Shown here piece after piece: positions 28,855 to 38,251 of a stretch of DNA of 64,000 nt. The translations under genes and the position numbers were made by a program. Under the pieces are notes generated by a model that saw only the letters and a list, made by a program, of their open reading frames with translations, did not search any database and was not told the origin of the DNA. Numbering within the stretch: position 1 is the first letter of the stretch; each line of letters begins with the position of its first letter. The stretch comes from Candidatus Woesebacteria bacterium (GTDB taxonomy: Bacteria; Patescibacteriota; Microgenomatia; UBA8517), in NCBI GenBank assembly GCA_003484955.1, contig DMZH01000002.1, positions 78,825-142,824 on the forward strand, read 5' to 3'.

Positions 28855-29920
28855 GTGGGGAGGTGCCGAACGTGTACTCCTGGCTCTTCATGAAATTTTT
28901 CCCGATGCACCTCTTTATACCTCCGTATATGATTCCAAAAAGGCTTCTTGGGCAAAAGTTTTTCCGGCAGTTAAAACATCATTTTTGCAAAAGATTCCTC
29001 TTGTCAAGTCGCTTCATGAACTTTTCGGTTGGTTGATGCCTGTTGCCTTTGAGTCATTTAATTTTGATAAATTTGATCTGGTAATTAGTGTTACGTCGGA
29101 GGCCGCTAAGGGTATAAAAACCAAACCCGACACTTTGCATATCTGCTATTGTCTGACGCCAACCAGATATCTCTGGAGTTTAAATGACTATTATTTTAAA
29201 AACCCTCCGGTTTACTTTAAAATATTTCCTTTTTTTCGTGTAATCTCAAAACCTTTTGTCGGATACCTTAAGACATGGGAGGTAAAAGCTGCAAAACGGC
29301 CCGACAAGATGATTGCCATTTCGACCGAAGTAAAAAAGAGAATAAAGAAATATTACAAACGCGATTCAGAAATGATATTTCCTCCGGTTGAATTTAAAAG
29401 TCCCAGGTCAAAAACTCTTGGTAAGCGCGGACATTATTTGGTTGTAAACAGACTGGTTCCTTATAAAAAAGTTGATCTTGCAGTTTCCGCTTTTAATCAA
29501 TTGGGGCTCCCATTAATAGTTGTTGGAACGGGAAGTGAAAGAGTGAAGTTGAAGCGCAGTGCCAAGGAAAATATAAAATTTGTCGGCGAGGTTTCCGAAA
29601 CAAAGCTTGCCAAATACTATCAAAATGCCAAAGCTCTTATTATGCCCCAGGAAGAAGATTTTGGTATAGTTGCCGTAGAGGCCCAGAGTTACGGCGTACC
29701 CGTCATTGCCTATAAAAAAGGAGGATCACTTGACACTGTTATCGATGGAAAAACCGGAATTCTTTTTGATAAACAAAACCCCAAAACGCTAATTAGGGCA
29801 GTCAGGAAATTTGAAAAAATGAAGTTTGATAAAAAGCGGCTTACCGAAAATGCCCGGAAGTTTTCAAAAGCTAGATTTAAAAAAGAGTTTCTTGACTTAA
29901 CTAAAAAGATGTTAAACTAA
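28799..29920 (+). CDS. Glycosyltransferase family 4 (WbaZ-like, putative mannosyltransferase)
   Basis: GGAERVL, YCLTPTRYLW, RLVPYKK.DL, EEDFGIVAVEAQ. Confidence 0.9.
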   Translation: MKPWKHTKKVAIVYDRVNKWGGAERVLLALHEIFPDAPLYTSVYDSKKASWAKVFPAVKTSFLQKIPLVKSLHELFGWLMPVAFESFNFDKFDLVISVTSEAAKGIKTKPDTLHICYCLTPTRYLWSLNDYYFKNPPVYFKIFPFFRVISKPFVGYLKTWEVKAAKRPDKMIAISTEVKKRIKKYYKRDSEMIFPPVEFKSPRSKTLGKRGHYLVVNRLVPYKKVDLAVSAFNQLGLPLIVVGTGSERVKLKRSAKENIKFVGEVSETKLAKYYQNAKALIMPQEEDFGIVAVEAQSYGVPVIAYKKGGSLDTVIDGKTGILFDKQNPKTLIRAVRKFEKMKFDKKRLTENARKFSKARFKKEFLDLTKKMLN

Positions 29921-29926
29921 TAGCTA

Positions 29927-31081
29927 ATGAAAGTTTTCGGATTTTTGTCTAAAATACAAAAAGTGGAAAACGGCAATTACAAAGATCATCTTTATGCATT
30001 GATTTTAGCGGGCGGTGGTGGAACAAGACTTTGGCCCAGGTCCAGACAGAAAACCCCAAAACAATTTTTAAAACTTTTTGATAACCAAACTTTAACTCAA
30101 GTCGCCGTAAAACGTTTTGCTGAAATTCTTCCTTGGGAGAAAATCTTCATTGTCACAGTTTCACCGGAATATAAGAAAGAAGTTCTCAGGGAAAATCCAA
30201 GGCTTCACCCCGAAAATGTTATTGTCGAACCGGTCAGGCGCGAAACAGGGCCGGCTCATGCACTTGGCGCCCTCTTTATTGAATCAAAAGATCCCGACGC
30301 GGTTATTATGACCGAGGCGGCAGACAGGGTGGTCAAGCCGATTTCAAGATATTTGGAAACTTTAGTCCGGGCAGCAAAAGAAGCTTATGAAAAGCATGTG
30401 CTTATTGCTATGGGGGTTGAACCAAGATATCCCCATACGGGTCTGGGACACATCAAAAAAGGAGATAAGGTTAGGGTAAAGGGAAACGTGGATTTTTACA
30501 AACTGGACGGATTTGTTGAGAAGCCCCCCATTGAACTGGCCAAGGAGTATACGGCATCCGGAAAATATCTTTGGAATGCGGGCCAATACGTGTGGAGAGC
30601 GGATGATCTTTTGAATTCTTTTAAAAAACATCAGCCGGGAATCTATAAGAATCTTCAGGATATCAAGCCGCATATAGGCAAAGCCGATGAAGCAAGAGTC
30701 ATGGCATCCGAGTATAAAAAAATGCCTGCGATATCCGTTGATTATGCGATAAGCGAGCGGGAGAAGAACTTTTTGGCTGTCGCCGGAGATTTTTTTTGGA
30801 CGGATATAGGGGATTGGAGAGAAGTTTGGGCGAATTCCAAAAAAGACAATAAAAGCAATGTAATAATTTCAGGGGATGAGCCCGGCGGAGAGGTATTAAC
30901 AATCGACACGACCGATGCTCTGGTACACTCCGACGGTAGAATGATTGCCGTAGTAGGCCTTGATAACATCGTGGTGGTCGATACAAAAGACGCGCTTTTG
31001 GTTTGCTCCAAGAGTCATGCGCAATCCGTTAAAAAAGTTGTGGAACAGCTTAAAGAAGAAAAGAATGTAAATCTTCTTTGA
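29927..31081 (+). CDS. manC: Mannose-1-phosphate guanylyltransferase
   Basis: LAGGGGTRLWP.SR...PKQF, EP..R.T, FVEKP, WNAG, ISVDYAI.E, W.DIG.W. Confidence 0.93.
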   Translation: MKVFGFLSKIQKVENGNYKDHLYALILAGGGGTRLWPRSRQKTPKQFLKLFDNQTLTQVAVKRFAEILPWEKIFIVTVSPEYKKEVLRENPRLHPENVIVEPVRRETGPAHALGALFIESKDPDAVIMTEAADRVVKPISRYLETLVRAAKEAYEKHVLIAMGVEPRYPHTGLGHIKKGDKVRVKGNVDFYKLDGFVEKPPIELAKEYTASGKYLWNAGQYVWRADDLLNSFKKHQPGIYKNLQDIKPHIGKADEARVMASEYKKMPAISVDYAISEREKNFLAVAGDFFWTDIGDWREVWANSKKDNKSNVIISGDEPGGEVLTIDTTDALVHSDGRMIAVVGLDNIVVVDTKDALLVCSKSHAQSVKKVVEQLKEEKNVNLL

Positions 31082-31085
31082 AAAT

Positions 31086-31736
31086 ATGTTATACGAAATT
31101 GTTAAAAGAGGTATGGATATTGTCTTATCAATATTTCTTTTGGTTCTTTTTTCTCCATTAATGCTTGTTACCGCTCTTGTAATCAAAATGACTTCCTCCG
31201 GACCGATCCTGGTTGAAAAATCAAATATTCATATGAAAAGAATTGGCAAAGGGGGAAGGATTTTCAGACTTTACAAATTCCGTTCGATGGCAGTTAATGC
31301 CGATTATCTTTTAACAAAAGATCCCAGATTCAAAAAACTTTACAGCGAATATAAAAAATCCAGTTTTAAACTCCATGAAGACCCGCGCGTGACCAGGTTT
31401 GGAAAATTTATCAGAAAATATTCCATTGATGAAATGCCCCAATTTTTAAATGTTTTAAAGGGTGAGATGAGTATAGTTGGGCCGCGTCCGTATCATGCCG
31501 ATGAACTTGCCGAGCAGCAAAAAAGATATCCCGGGACGGAGCCGTATGTAAAAGAGACTCAAACGGTAAAACCCGGCATCACCGGCTTTTGGCAGGTAAC
31601 AGGGAGAAGCAATATCAATTTCGACAAGAGAATAAAAATGGATGCGGACTATGCCAGAAAGAAATCACTCCTAATGGACTTGGCCATTATCCTAAGAACC
31701 CCAATCGCAATGATTAGCGGTGTCGGAGCCGTCTGA
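31086..31736 (+). CDS. Small monotopic priming phosphoglycosyl transferase (Bac_transf family)
   Basis: KR.MDI, YKFRSM, DPRVT.FGKFIRKYSIDE.PQ..NVL.GEMS.VGPRP, KPGITG.WQV.GR. Confidence 0.93.
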   Translation: MLYEIVKRGMDIVLSIFLLVLFSPLMLVTALVIKMTSSGPILVEKSNIHMKRIGKGGRIFRLYKFRSMAVNADYLLTKDPRFKKLYSEYKKSSFKLHEDPRVTRFGKFIRKYSIDEMPQFLNVLKGEMSIVGPRPYHADELAEQQKRYPGTEPYVKETQTVKPGITGFWQVTGRSNINFDKRIKMDADYARKKSLLMDLAIILRTPIAMISGVGAV

Positions 31737-31755
31737 TTTGTTGTATTATTAATGC

Positions 31756-33744
31756 ATGGAAAATGGCTCAATATTGGTTCCGAAAATCAATGTTGCCGAA
31801 AACGACATAGTGCAAAAGCTTGCTCCGGAAGAACAGGCTAGAGAAATAATAAATCCTGTAAAGCCCAGGAGGGTGTGGGTAAAAATAACCCTAGGAATCT
31901 TACTGGCAATCGCAATCCTCTTGGTTTACAACATCATATCGGGACTTCTGATTTATCAAAAAACAACCAAGCTGGTAAATGGTGCCAAAACTTTGTCTGA
32001 AACAGCCAAATCGCAGGATCTTGCGAAGATAAAGACGGAAGTGGGTAATACGAAAAAATTATTAAATAGTGTTTCAGGTACATATAAACTGGTAGCCTGG
32101 GAAAAATTTTTGCCGTTTGTCGGTGCCTACATTGCCGATGGAAGCCACGCAATTGCTGCAGGACAGGCAGGGCTTGATGTCGGGGAATCGCTTCTGACGG
32201 TAATTGAACCATATGCAGATCTCCTTGGCTTTGCCGGTGGCCAGAATGTTTTGGGGGCAAAAACGGGAGAGGAAACAGCTGAGGATAGAATTGACTTTAT
32301 TGCCAAGACAATTCCGGACCTCATTCCCCAAATTGATACAATTTCAGGAAAAATGAAAACGGTTCAGAGCGAAATATCACAAATAAACCCGGACAGGTAT
32401 CCCGAGAAAGTCCAGGGAAAAGCCGTCAGGGCGCAAATTAAAAGTATTGTAGACACGGTAAACGAAACATCGACATTTTTGGTTAACGGAAAACCTTTTC
32501 TGGAATCTGCCCAGTATCTTTTGGGAATGGACTCTCCAAGAACCTATCTTCTCTTGTTTCAAAATGACAAGGAATTGAGGCCCACCGGAGGGTTTATGAC
32601 TGCTTATGCTATCTTGAAAGTCGATAAGGCAAAGGTGAGCACTGTCACAAGCAATGATATTTACGCTCTTGATGCGGTTTACAAATCTTCCGTAGACGCA
32701 CCTAATCCGATCATTAAATATATAAAAGGGCCTTACATTTTGTCGAAGAAATGGAGATTGAGGGATATGAATTGGTCGCCGGATTTTGTTGAAAGCATGA
32801 AAGTTGTGGTTCCTGCGGCGGAGGATGCCGGGGTGGAAGACATTGATGGCGTAATTGCGGTTGACACACAAATTCTGGTAAACATATTGGACGTCATAGG
32901 GCCGATCGGGGTACCCGGTTTTGGAAATTTCAGTACGGAGGTGTCCCCCGAGTGCAACTGTGCCCAGGTGATTCACGAACTCGAAGCCTTTGCTGATGTT
33001 GAGGGGCCTGTCATTTGGGATCCTATAACAGGAAAAATTATTCAGAGACCTCCGAATTCTGACAACAGAAAGAAAATAATAGGGCCTTTAATGAATTCGA
33101 TTTTGGCAAACTCCATGGGTCAGCCAAAAGACAAGATCCCGGGTCTCCTGCAGGCAGGTTTTAAATCTTTAATGGAAAAGCATGTCCTTTTCTATCTGTT
33201 GGATGACAATGTCCAAAAGGCCGTTGCAGATTTTGGGTTGAGCGGAACGATAAAAAATTATGACGGAGACTATTTGCATATAAATGATGCAAACCTTGGA
33301 GGTAGAAAATCCAACCTTTATGCCTATGAAAATGTCGAACAGGATATTCAAGTTGCAGGGGACGGATCCGTAACAAAAACGGTCACAATAACATACCAAA
33401 ATCCCGAAAAACAGGACGGTTGGCTGAACTCGGTTCTGCCAACCTGGGTAAGAGTTTATGTTCCCAAAGGGAGCGAGCTCATTGCCGCTGAGGGGTTGGA
33501 GATGGCGGCAGAACCCTATGAAGATTTGGGGAAAACAGTATTCGCGGGATTTTTCCAGCTTCGTCCTGAAGGGGTTGCCAAAGTCACATTTAAATATAAG
33601 CTGCCTTTCAAAGTCGCCAAAGAATATAAACTCCTTTTACAGAAACAGCCGGGTACCGACGGGTTTTTGTATACGGTGAACCTTGGCAAGCATTCCGAAG
33701 AATTTAAACTGACGACAGACAAGGAGATAAAAATTGAATTGTAG
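31756..33744 (+). CDS. DUF4012-domain membrane-anchored protein
   Basis: Single TM, helical stalk, YLLLFQN..ELRPTGGF, RD.NWSPDF, DGVIAVD, N..G.KSN, QKQPG. Confidence 0.85.
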   Translation: MENGSILVPKINVAENDIVQKLAPEEQAREIINPVKPRRVWVKITLGILLAIAILLVYNIISGLLIYQKTTKLVNGAKTLSETAKSQDLAKIKTEVGNTKKLLNSVSGTYKLVAWEKFLPFVGAYIADGSHAIAAGQAGLDVGESLLTVIEPYADLLGFAGGQNVLGAKTGEETAEDRIDFIAKTIPDLIPQIDTISGKMKTVQSEISQINPDRYPEKVQGKAVRAQIKSIVDTVNETSTFLVNGKPFLESAQYLLGMDSPRTYLLLFQNDKELRPTGGFMTAYAILKVDKAKVSTVTSNDIYALDAVYKSSVDAPNPIIKYIKGPYILSKKWRLRDMNWSPDFVESMKVVVPAAEDAGVEDIDGVIAVDTQILVNILDVIGPIGVPGFGNFSTEVSPECNCAQVIHELEAFADVEGPVIWDPITGKIIQRPPNSDNRKKIIGPLMNSILANSMGQPKDKIPGLLQAGFKSLMEKHVLFYLLDDNVQKAVADFGLSGTIKNYDGDYLHINDANLGGRKSNLYAYENVEQDIQVAGDGSVTKTVTITYQNPEKQDGWLNSVLPTWVRVYVPKGSELIAAEGLEMAAEPYEDLGKTVFAGFFQLRPEGVAKVTFKYKLPFKVAKEYKLLLQKQPGTDGFLYTVNLGKHSEEFKLTTDKEIKIEL

Positions 33745-33768
33745 AATGTCTTCACGATATACCGCACA

Positions 33769-34314
33769 ATGACACCCAGAGGCTACACGTCGGAAGGAAT
33801 AATACTGGGGAGAAGAAATTATGGGGAAGCCGACAGAATTCTTCTTGTTTACTCTGAAGACAAAGGTAAATTATCACTTCTTGCCAAAGGAATAAGGCGT
33901 CCGAAAAGCCGTAAAAGGGGACACCTGGAAATTTTCACCAGGATTCGGTTTCAAGCAGTCTCGGGCAGAGGCCTTGGAATCATAACCGAGGTCGAGACAG
34001 TTGATGATTATGAAAGCATCAGGCAATCAATAAAGAAAGTTTCCCTGGCATATTATTTTGTTGAAGTTTTGGGAAAAGCCATTCATGAGGGTGAGGCAAA
34101 TCCCGAAGTGTACTCTCTCCTTGTGGGCTCCATGGAGAAGCTAAAAACCGCAAAAAAACTTAAGGAGCTGAGGATGGAGTTTGTCGTAAATCTTTTAAAA
34201 TTGCTTGGTTATTGGCCGAAAGATATGAAACTACCCCTTCCCGATGAAAAATTGGAAGAGGTGTTGGAAAGACAAATCTATTCGATAAGAGTTGGAAAGA
34301 TAATGTTAGAATAA
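33769..34314 (+). CDS. recO: DNA repair protein RecO (short form)
   Basis: EGIIL.RRNYGEADRI....S...GK...LAKGIRRPKSRK.GHLE. Confidence 0.9.
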   Translation: MTPRGYTSEGIILGRRNYGEADRILLVYSEDKGKLSLLAKGIRRPKSRKRGHLEIFTRIRFQAVSGRGLGIITEVETVDDYESIRQSIKKVSLAYYFVEVLGKAIHEGEANPEVYSLLVGSMEKLKTAKKLKELRMEFVVNLLKLLGYWPKDMKLPLPDEKLEEVLERQIYSIRVGKIMLE

Positions 34315-34317
34315 ATT

Positions 34318-35034
34318 ATGCAGGAAGATATTTTGACGGTTTCCGGATTAAGCGTTGAATTTGACAACCATACCGTACTTGATGACATAAGTTTTGCGGT
34401 CAGACGCGATTCAACCATGGCAATAATCGGACCAAACGGCGCGGGAAAATCGGTTCTTTTCAGATCGCTCCTGAATTTGATTCCTTACAAAGGCACGGTT
34501 TCTTGGAGTGAAGATACTCGAATCGGATATGTTCCCCAAAAACTGGCTATTGATAAAGAGTTGCCGTTAACCGTATATGAATTCTTGAGTTTTAAAGAAA
34601 AAAGTAGAGATAAAATCCTTGAGGTAATGGGGGCGGTTGGCTTTTTGAAAGAAGCGAACCATATTCACAATGACACAAGAGTTCTAAAAACCCGTATAGG
34701 AAACCTGTCAGGAGGGGAATTACAAAGAGTTCTCATCGCCTATGCACTTCTCGGGAAACCCAACGTTTTGCTTTTTGACGAACCAACCGCCGGGGTTGAT
34801 ATTGCCGGCGAAGAAACTGTATATGGGCTTATTCATAAACTAAAAGCAGACAAAGACCTGACAATTATTTTTATTTCCCACGAATTGGAAGTTGTAAATA
34901 AATATGCCGACTCGGTCCTTTGTCTTAATAAGGAAAAAGTTTGTTTTGGTCCGCCAAAGACAGCAATTGATAAAGAAAGTCTGGAAAAAATGTACGGAGA
35001 GGAAACTCATATATATCACCACCATGACCACTAA
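34318..35034 (+). CDS. Zn/Mn ABC transporter ATP-binding subunit (ZnuC-like)
   Basis: GPNGAGKS, IGYVPQ, LSGGELQR, LFDEPT, ISH; His-rich tail. Confidence 0.92.
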   Translation: MQEDILTVSGLSVEFDNHTVLDDISFAVRRDSTMAIIGPNGAGKSVLFRSLLNLIPYKGTVSWSEDTRIGYVPQKLAIDKELPLTVYEFLSFKEKSRDKILEVMGAVGFLKEANHIHNDTRVLKTRIGNLSGGELQRVLIAYALLGKPNVLLFDEPTAGVDIAGEETVYGLIHKLKADKDLTIIFISHELEVVNKYADSVLCLNKEKVCFGPPKTAIDKESLEKMYGEETHIYHHHDH

Positions 35035-35791
35035 CTTACTACTACTCCTGGCAGTCGGTGCTCTTTCAGGAGCAGTTTCGGGATATCTTGGAAGCTTTAT
35101 GGTTTTAAGAAGAATGTCTCTTGTTGGAGATGCTCTTTCCCATGTGGCACTGCCCGGAATTGCGGTTGCCCTGGCAATAGGGGTCAATCCCATGCTGGGA
35201 GCTCTTCTTGCGCTTACCCTGGCAGCTGTCGGCATTTGGTATCTTAGTGATCACTCCGAAATTTATCCGGAAGCTTTGGTGGGAATATTTTTTACGGCCT
35301 CCTTGGCAGCCGGAATTTTGATTACTCCCGAGGTGGAACTTTTGGAAGCTCTTTTCGGAGATATAGATAAAATTGGCCCGATAGACGCCATATTTACTTT
35401 CATCGGTGCCGTGACAATTTTTGCGGTCACGATGGCAGTTTCCAAAAAGCTTCTTTTAATGGTTGTCTCAAAGGATTTGGCCAAGTCCCAAAAGATAAAA
35501 ACATCAAAAATAGACTTAATTTACTTGCTTTTGGTTTGTGGTGTTGTTGCCTTAGGGGTTAAGTTTTTAGGAACCCTTTTGACGGGAGCCATGGTGATAA
35601 TCCCTGCGGTTACCGCCAAAAACATTGCCGGAAACATAAAGGCATATCAAATCCTTTCCGTAGTTTTGGGAACTCTGGCAACAGCTGCCGGAATTCTGAT
35701 TGCCTCATATTTTAAATTCCCCTCCGGTCCTACGATAGTTCTTACCGCAATCTCCTTTTTTATCTTCAGCTTTGTGTTTAAAAAGAGGTGA
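35024..35791 (+). CDS. Zn/Mn ABC transporter permease (ZnuB-like, ABC-3)
   Basis: G.F.VLRRMSLVGDALSHVALPG, LFGD, P..TA, PSGPTIV; start ATG 35024. Confidence 0.92.
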   Translation: MTTNLLLLLAVGALSGAVSGYLGSFMVLRRMSLVGDALSHVALPGIAVALAIGVNPMLGALLALTLAAVGIWYLSDHSEIYPEALVGIFFTASLAAGILITPEVELLEALFGDIDKIGPIDAIFTFIGAVTIFAVTMAVSKKLLLMVVSKDLAKSQKIKTSKIDLIYLLLVCGVVALGVKFLGTLLTGAMVIIPAVTAKNIAGNIKAYQILSVVLGTLATAAGILIASYFKFPSGPTIVLTAISFFIFSFVFKKR

Positions 35792-35827
35792 TAAAACTTT
35801 GGCTTTAAGGTAGAATATTTGTTGCCC

Positions 35828-36439
35828 ATGAATTATTTTGAGGTAATTTTTGATACCGAAACAAAGAAATTTTTTGAGGATATTGAAGGGTATGATCCAG
35901 GTAAACTCGGCGTGTCAATAACTTCGGTTTATTCAAGAACTCTTGACGAGAATTTGAAAGAAGTTGAGGGAAAAATGCAAAGCTTTTGGGAAAAGGATTT
36001 CGGAGAAATGTTCAAGTTGTTTGAAAAGGCAGACAGAATAATAGGATTCAATTCGATAAGCTTCGATATTCCGGCACTTTCGCCATACCTTCCGCCCCAT
36101 TGGCCGAAACTAAAACATTTTGACATTCTCTCCGAGATAAAAATGGTTGAGGGTAAAAGAATGTCGCTGGACTCATTGGCCAAAGCGACTTTGGGGACAA
36201 AGAAAAACGATAGCGGTGAAAATGCCATCAAATATTGGAACCAGGGGACTTCCGAAAGCTTAACCAAGCTTAAAAAATACTGTGAAATGGATGTTGCTAT
36301 AACCCGCGACATTTATGACCACACACTGAAGAATAAAGTTTTAAAATATATTGACTTTTGGAATGAAACACACGAAATAACACTGGACTTTTCTTACCCA
36401 CGACAAGACACATCGGAAACCCAAGGGAGTTTATTTTAA
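35828..36439 (+). CDS. Stand-alone RNase H-like DEDDy 3'-5' exonuclease (YprB/RNase_H_2-like)
   Basis: FDTET, GFNS..FD, SLDSLA.ATL, YCEMDV; C-terminus QGSLF. Confidence 0.85.
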   Translation: MNYFEVIFDTETKKFFEDIEGYDPGKLGVSITSVYSRTLDENLKEVEGKMQSFWEKDFGEMFKLFEKADRIIGFNSISFDIPALSPYLPPHWPKLKHFDILSEIKMVEGKRMSLDSLAKATLGTKKNDSGENAIKYWNQGTSESLTKLKKYCEMDVAITRDIYDHTLKNKVLKYIDFWNETHEITLDFSYPRQDTSETQGSLF

Positions 36440-36449
36440 TTTTTAACCA

Positions 36450-36833
36450 TCACTTCTCGGCTTTTTCAGCGCGCATGGCATCCTCTTTAGTGTCATGAAC
36501 AGTTCCGTCCGGATGGTGTGCGGGGGAATAAATCGTATACAGCTTCAATTCCTTTTCCTGAGAAGTGTTGACCACATTGTGATAGTTACCTGCCGGTATT
36601 ATTACGCAATCTCCCGCCTCGCCTGTAAATTTTTCGCCGGAAATTTCTGCCATCCATTCACCTTCCTCAAATCTCAAAAATTGATCGTTATCTGAGTGAA
36701 CTTCCATCCCGATTTCCTCTCCGGGCTTAAGGCTCATTAGTACCAACTGTGAATGCGGCGCAGTGTAGATTACATGCCTAAAGTGAGTGTTTTCTAAAGC
36801 GTCTTTTTCGAGACTTCCTTTGTATCCTGCCAT
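36450..36833 (-). CDS. Cupin domain protein
   Basis: FR.VIYT..HSQLVLMSL.PGEEIGMEVH...DQF, IPAG..HN, LYTIYSP; SD-like GAGGGTG upstream. Confidence 0.9.
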   Translation of the reverse strand: MAGYKGSLEKDALENTHFRHVIYTAPHSQLVLMSLKPGEEIGMEVHSDNDQFLRFEEGEWMAEISGEKFTGEAGDCVIIPAGNYHNVVNTSQEKELKLYTIYSPAHHPDGTVHDTKEDAMRAEKAEK

Positions 36834-36911
36834 TTTTATCACCCTCTTTCCTGAGAAAGAATCCTGTGCACCAGTCGAAGGACCCTTCAATACATTGTAT
36901 ACTAAACCGGC

Positions 36912-37739
36912 ATGAAGTTTGTATCGAAAATACTATTGATTATACTGTCGGTTCCCATCCTTGTCCTGTGTGTTTTGTCGATAAATGTCAGGCTCCAATT
37001 TTTATCATCCGACTTTTGGATAGGAACTTTTGAAAAGGCTGACGTCTATACTCAGATTTCAACATCCTTGAGCAGTCGGCTTTTTGATAAAGTGGTAGCC
37101 GGAGGAGGAAAAGGCAGCGATGTTGCAGTTCTTTCCAGTTTAATTTCCCCAAACATATTAAAGATATTTTTTGAAGAAAATATCAAAAGCATATTGCTGT
37201 ACGCCAACGGGAAATCTTCCGAAATTGTTGTGTTTACGCCATTTTCCACCGACAGTATCCTTCGGGGTGTGAAGGCGGAAGACCTGGGTAACTTTTCGGA
37301 GAAGATGACTTTAGACGACTTTTTAAAAAAATTTAACATAACGGGAATTAATGAAAAAGATATTCAAATAGTTTCAAAATTTGGAATTTGGTCTTGGCTC
37401 TTTGTAATCGGGTCATTATCACTTCTGGCTTTAGTTTTGGTACTGACATATCTTCTTACCGGAACCGGGAAACGCCTGACTACGATGGGGATAGAGTTAA
37501 CTTTATCGGGGATTTGTGTGCTTGTCGTGAATTTCCTGGCGGATTTTATAGTAAAAAGTTTTACGGAAAATTTTGCGGGAAGCGCCAATGTGGGCACTTC
37601 GCTTATTGCCATTACCGCCCCTCCGATAATTCAAAACATCACTCAAATCTGGATTTGGTTTGGTATTTCCTCACTGATCTTGGGGGTTTTGCTATTTTTT
37701 ATCAAAAAACCGGGCAATAGTATTCGCCGTAAGGGATGA
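36912..37739 (+). CDS. Hypothetical membrane protein (about 4 TM)
   Basis: 275-aa ORF; TATACT box 8 nt upstream. Confidence 0.75.
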   Translation: MKFVSKILLIILSVPILVLCVLSINVRLQFLSSDFWIGTFEKADVYTQISTSLSSRLFDKVVAGGGKGSDVAVLSSLISPNILKIFFEENIKSILLYANGKSSEIVVFTPFSTDSILRGVKAEDLGNFSEKMTLDDFLKKFNITGINEKDIQIVSKFGIWSWLFVIGSLSLLALVLVLTYLLTGTGKRLTTMGIELTLSGICVLVVNFLADFIVKSFTENFAGSANVGTSLIAITAPPIIQNITQIWIWFGISSLILGVLLFFIKKPGNSIRRKG

Positions 37740-37770
37740 TGGTATAATTATTTGAAGTGAAATATTTTAT

Positions 37771-38232
37771 ATGAAATACTTTAGTACAGCTTTTGTTACT
37801 GCTGTTATAGTCTTTCTCGGGGCGACAATTTATTATAAGGGTTTGCCCAACTTTGTTAGTCCGAGCGGAGTTTCAGTCACCTCTACCGAAGTGGCTATAA
37901 CGGATGCTCCATCTCCTTCACCGGCACCAGTTGACGAAACCACATCTTTGACTCTTGCAGTTAAGGAAGCTCTTGTTGCAAAGTACGGGTCGGCTGCGGC
38001 GTCCTTAAGTGTGAGTGTTTCCAAAATTGAAGGGAATTATGCCGGAGGAACAGTTTCGGAGCAGGGCGGAGGCGGCGGATGGTTTGCCGCCAAAACAGGA
38101 ACAGAATGGAAGCTTGTTTGGGATGGAAACGGGCAAATCGACTGTAAAAATATTTCCGGCTATCCTGATTTTCCAAAAAGTATGATTCCGGAATGTTGGA
38201 ACTCGGTTTCGGGTAAACTCATTACACGCTAA
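37771..38232 (+). CDS. Hypothetical secreted or membrane-anchored protein
   Basis: N-terminal TM, Pro/Ser/Thr linker, small domain with GGG.W, W.LVWDGNG and two Cys. Confidence 0.78.
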   Translation: MKYFSTAFVTAVIVFLGATIYYKGLPNFVSPSGVSVTSTEVAITDAPSPSPAPVDETTSLTLAVKEALVAKYGSAAASLSVSVSKIEGNYAGGTVSEQGGGGGWFAAKTGTEWKLVWDGNGQIDCKNISGYPDFPKSMIPECWNSVSGKLITR

Positions 38233-38251
38233 AATTGCTGTATAATTAGCC

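Noticed and set aside
37757..37783. Near-duplicate of the start region (GTGAAATATTTTA / ATGAAATACTTTA)
   Set aside because: Only 13 bp and AT-rich; insufficient support
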